The notes beneath the pieces were generated by a model that was not told where the DNA came from, made no database searches, and saw only the letters and a program-made list of their open reading frames with translations. Of a stretch of DNA of 64,000 nucleotides, positions 62,820 through 64,000 are shown piece by piece. The position numbers and the translations under genes were made by a program. Each line of letters opens with the position of its first letter. Positions within the stretch are counted from its first letter, which is position 1. The stretch is from assembly GCF_963921235.1 (NCBI RefSeq), contig NC_086108.1, positions 60,948,001-61,012,000 of the forward strand. Direction: 5' to 3'. Source of the DNA: Mobula hypostoma (taxonomy: Eukaryota).

Positions 62820-64000
62820 GAAACTTAGTGACAGTTTCATCATGGACAGTTGGCTGTTGATATCAGGGATGTACGTGCAACACTCCTGGCTAGTAATGGC
62901 ACAAGTACCACCTCTCTTAGACAACAGAAAGTCTAGTGCTAGTTGATTTTGAAGGTCCACAGTATTGATTGCCAGCATTTCAGCAGTAATGTCATTGATG
63001 GCCTGGCTCATATCATGTAGCAATAAGGTTGTATCATTAGCTAATTTCTCCAGCAGTGCTGAGGGCATGTTAATGCTTTCATGAGCCAGTCTGGCAGGCT
63101 CCCAGAACAGGAATACTACAGTCCAGAAACAGTAGGTTTCCATAGTCCTTCAGTGTCAGCTCCACATATTGGTTACTTAAAGTGGCAAAAAGCAAAGATC
63201 AAGAGTTTAGCCCTTCAGTCCTTTTTCAAGAAGGTTGTTCTGGCCCTGGTCCAGTAGCACTGCTGGCTTAACGCATGAAGTGTGTACCAGCATTGACTTT
63301 CCTTGGACATTTAAGGTGAATACTGTATGTGGTCAGCTACACTTGGAAAACACCTCCCCAGTGGGGATCTCGGCTGTTCTTTTGTTGGCAGGCTGTCAGC
63401 AGTATCCAATCTCCCAGCTGGTAGGCATGGCACTCTGCACACAGCGCAATCTTCTTGGATTTAATTACTTGTTGATAGAAACCTTTAAGAGCTTATATTA
63501 GTGCTATACAATAATGCAGCTTTCAGTAGTAAGGATGTTCATCTGTTTAATTAAAAGGCAACTAGCAAGTACATGGAAAGTCCCAAAACTATCTCATGTG
63601 AAGATAGACCTGTCACGTCATTTGGAGTGCAGCACATTGTCATGACAGCCTGTCAAAGTCCCCCTGGCCGCTTTAACTCCGTCCTGTTGTGCAATTAAGC
63701 TAACCTGCATTTCAAGGTCCCATTCTGTCTTTCAGCTGCCCCGTAAGACTAGAACAGTAAGGGCAGGTGAAATGATAACATTGAATATTGGTGTTTTGCA
63801 TGTTTTTGTGAGTGTAGACCGTTATCACTTGAGATTTTCTCTGGAATCCCAAACCTGGGAATACATTCTCATAATAAAAATTACCAGCAGTTTCAGCACC
63901 ATTTCTCTGAGTTGGATAAACTTTTAGCCATGCATTATCACAACCCGTACATTGAGGTAACTGTATAAAGTCTATTTGGAGATGTACAGACAGCCTCCTG
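62820..64000 (-). mobile_element. Endogenous retrovirus remnant (class I, gamma/epsilon-like): integrase plus env TM
   Basis: IN: LQIDFIQLP, IPRFGIPEKISSDNG, AERQNGTLK, TGLSSHEIV, GDWILL..PHWGGVFQV, VQGKSMLVHTS. TM: LQNQLALDFLLSKRGGTCAITSQECCTYIPD (immunosuppressive domain plus CX6CC). Confidence 0.9.

Overview
Eukaryotic, repeat-saturated genomic DNA. It is most likely from a cartilaginous fish (ray or shark), inferred from the V-SINE/HE1-like SINEs, the CR1/HER1-like LINEs and the repeat mix. No multi-exon host gene could be assembled. The only host-like signal is a CpG-rich candidate promoter/first exon near 31.2-31.5 kb. The window is a stack of nested transposons: many CR1 and Rex1/Babar LINEs, an L2/Crack-type LINE, a Dong/R4 element in a (TAA)n tract, a complete but disabled Gypsy element (11120-15581), a SCAN-bearing Gmr1-like Gypsy, solo LTRs, an internally deleted Tigger, Penelope-like elements (PLEs) and a class I ERV integrase/env remnant. 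Two signals stand out. (1) A family of very short PLE-derived insertions is built around a minimal hammerhead ribozyme motif. Three are ~210-240 bp palindromes, each with a 13-bp target-site duplication (TSD) and an inversion junction at the ribozyme; one is a 97-bp single-arm insertion with an 8-bp TSD. (2) The complete Gypsy element has no tRNA primer-binding site; that position holds a 14-nt perfect complement of the poly(A)-signal region of its own LTR. Family assignments come from motif recognition by eye. Boundaries without a TSD are approximate.
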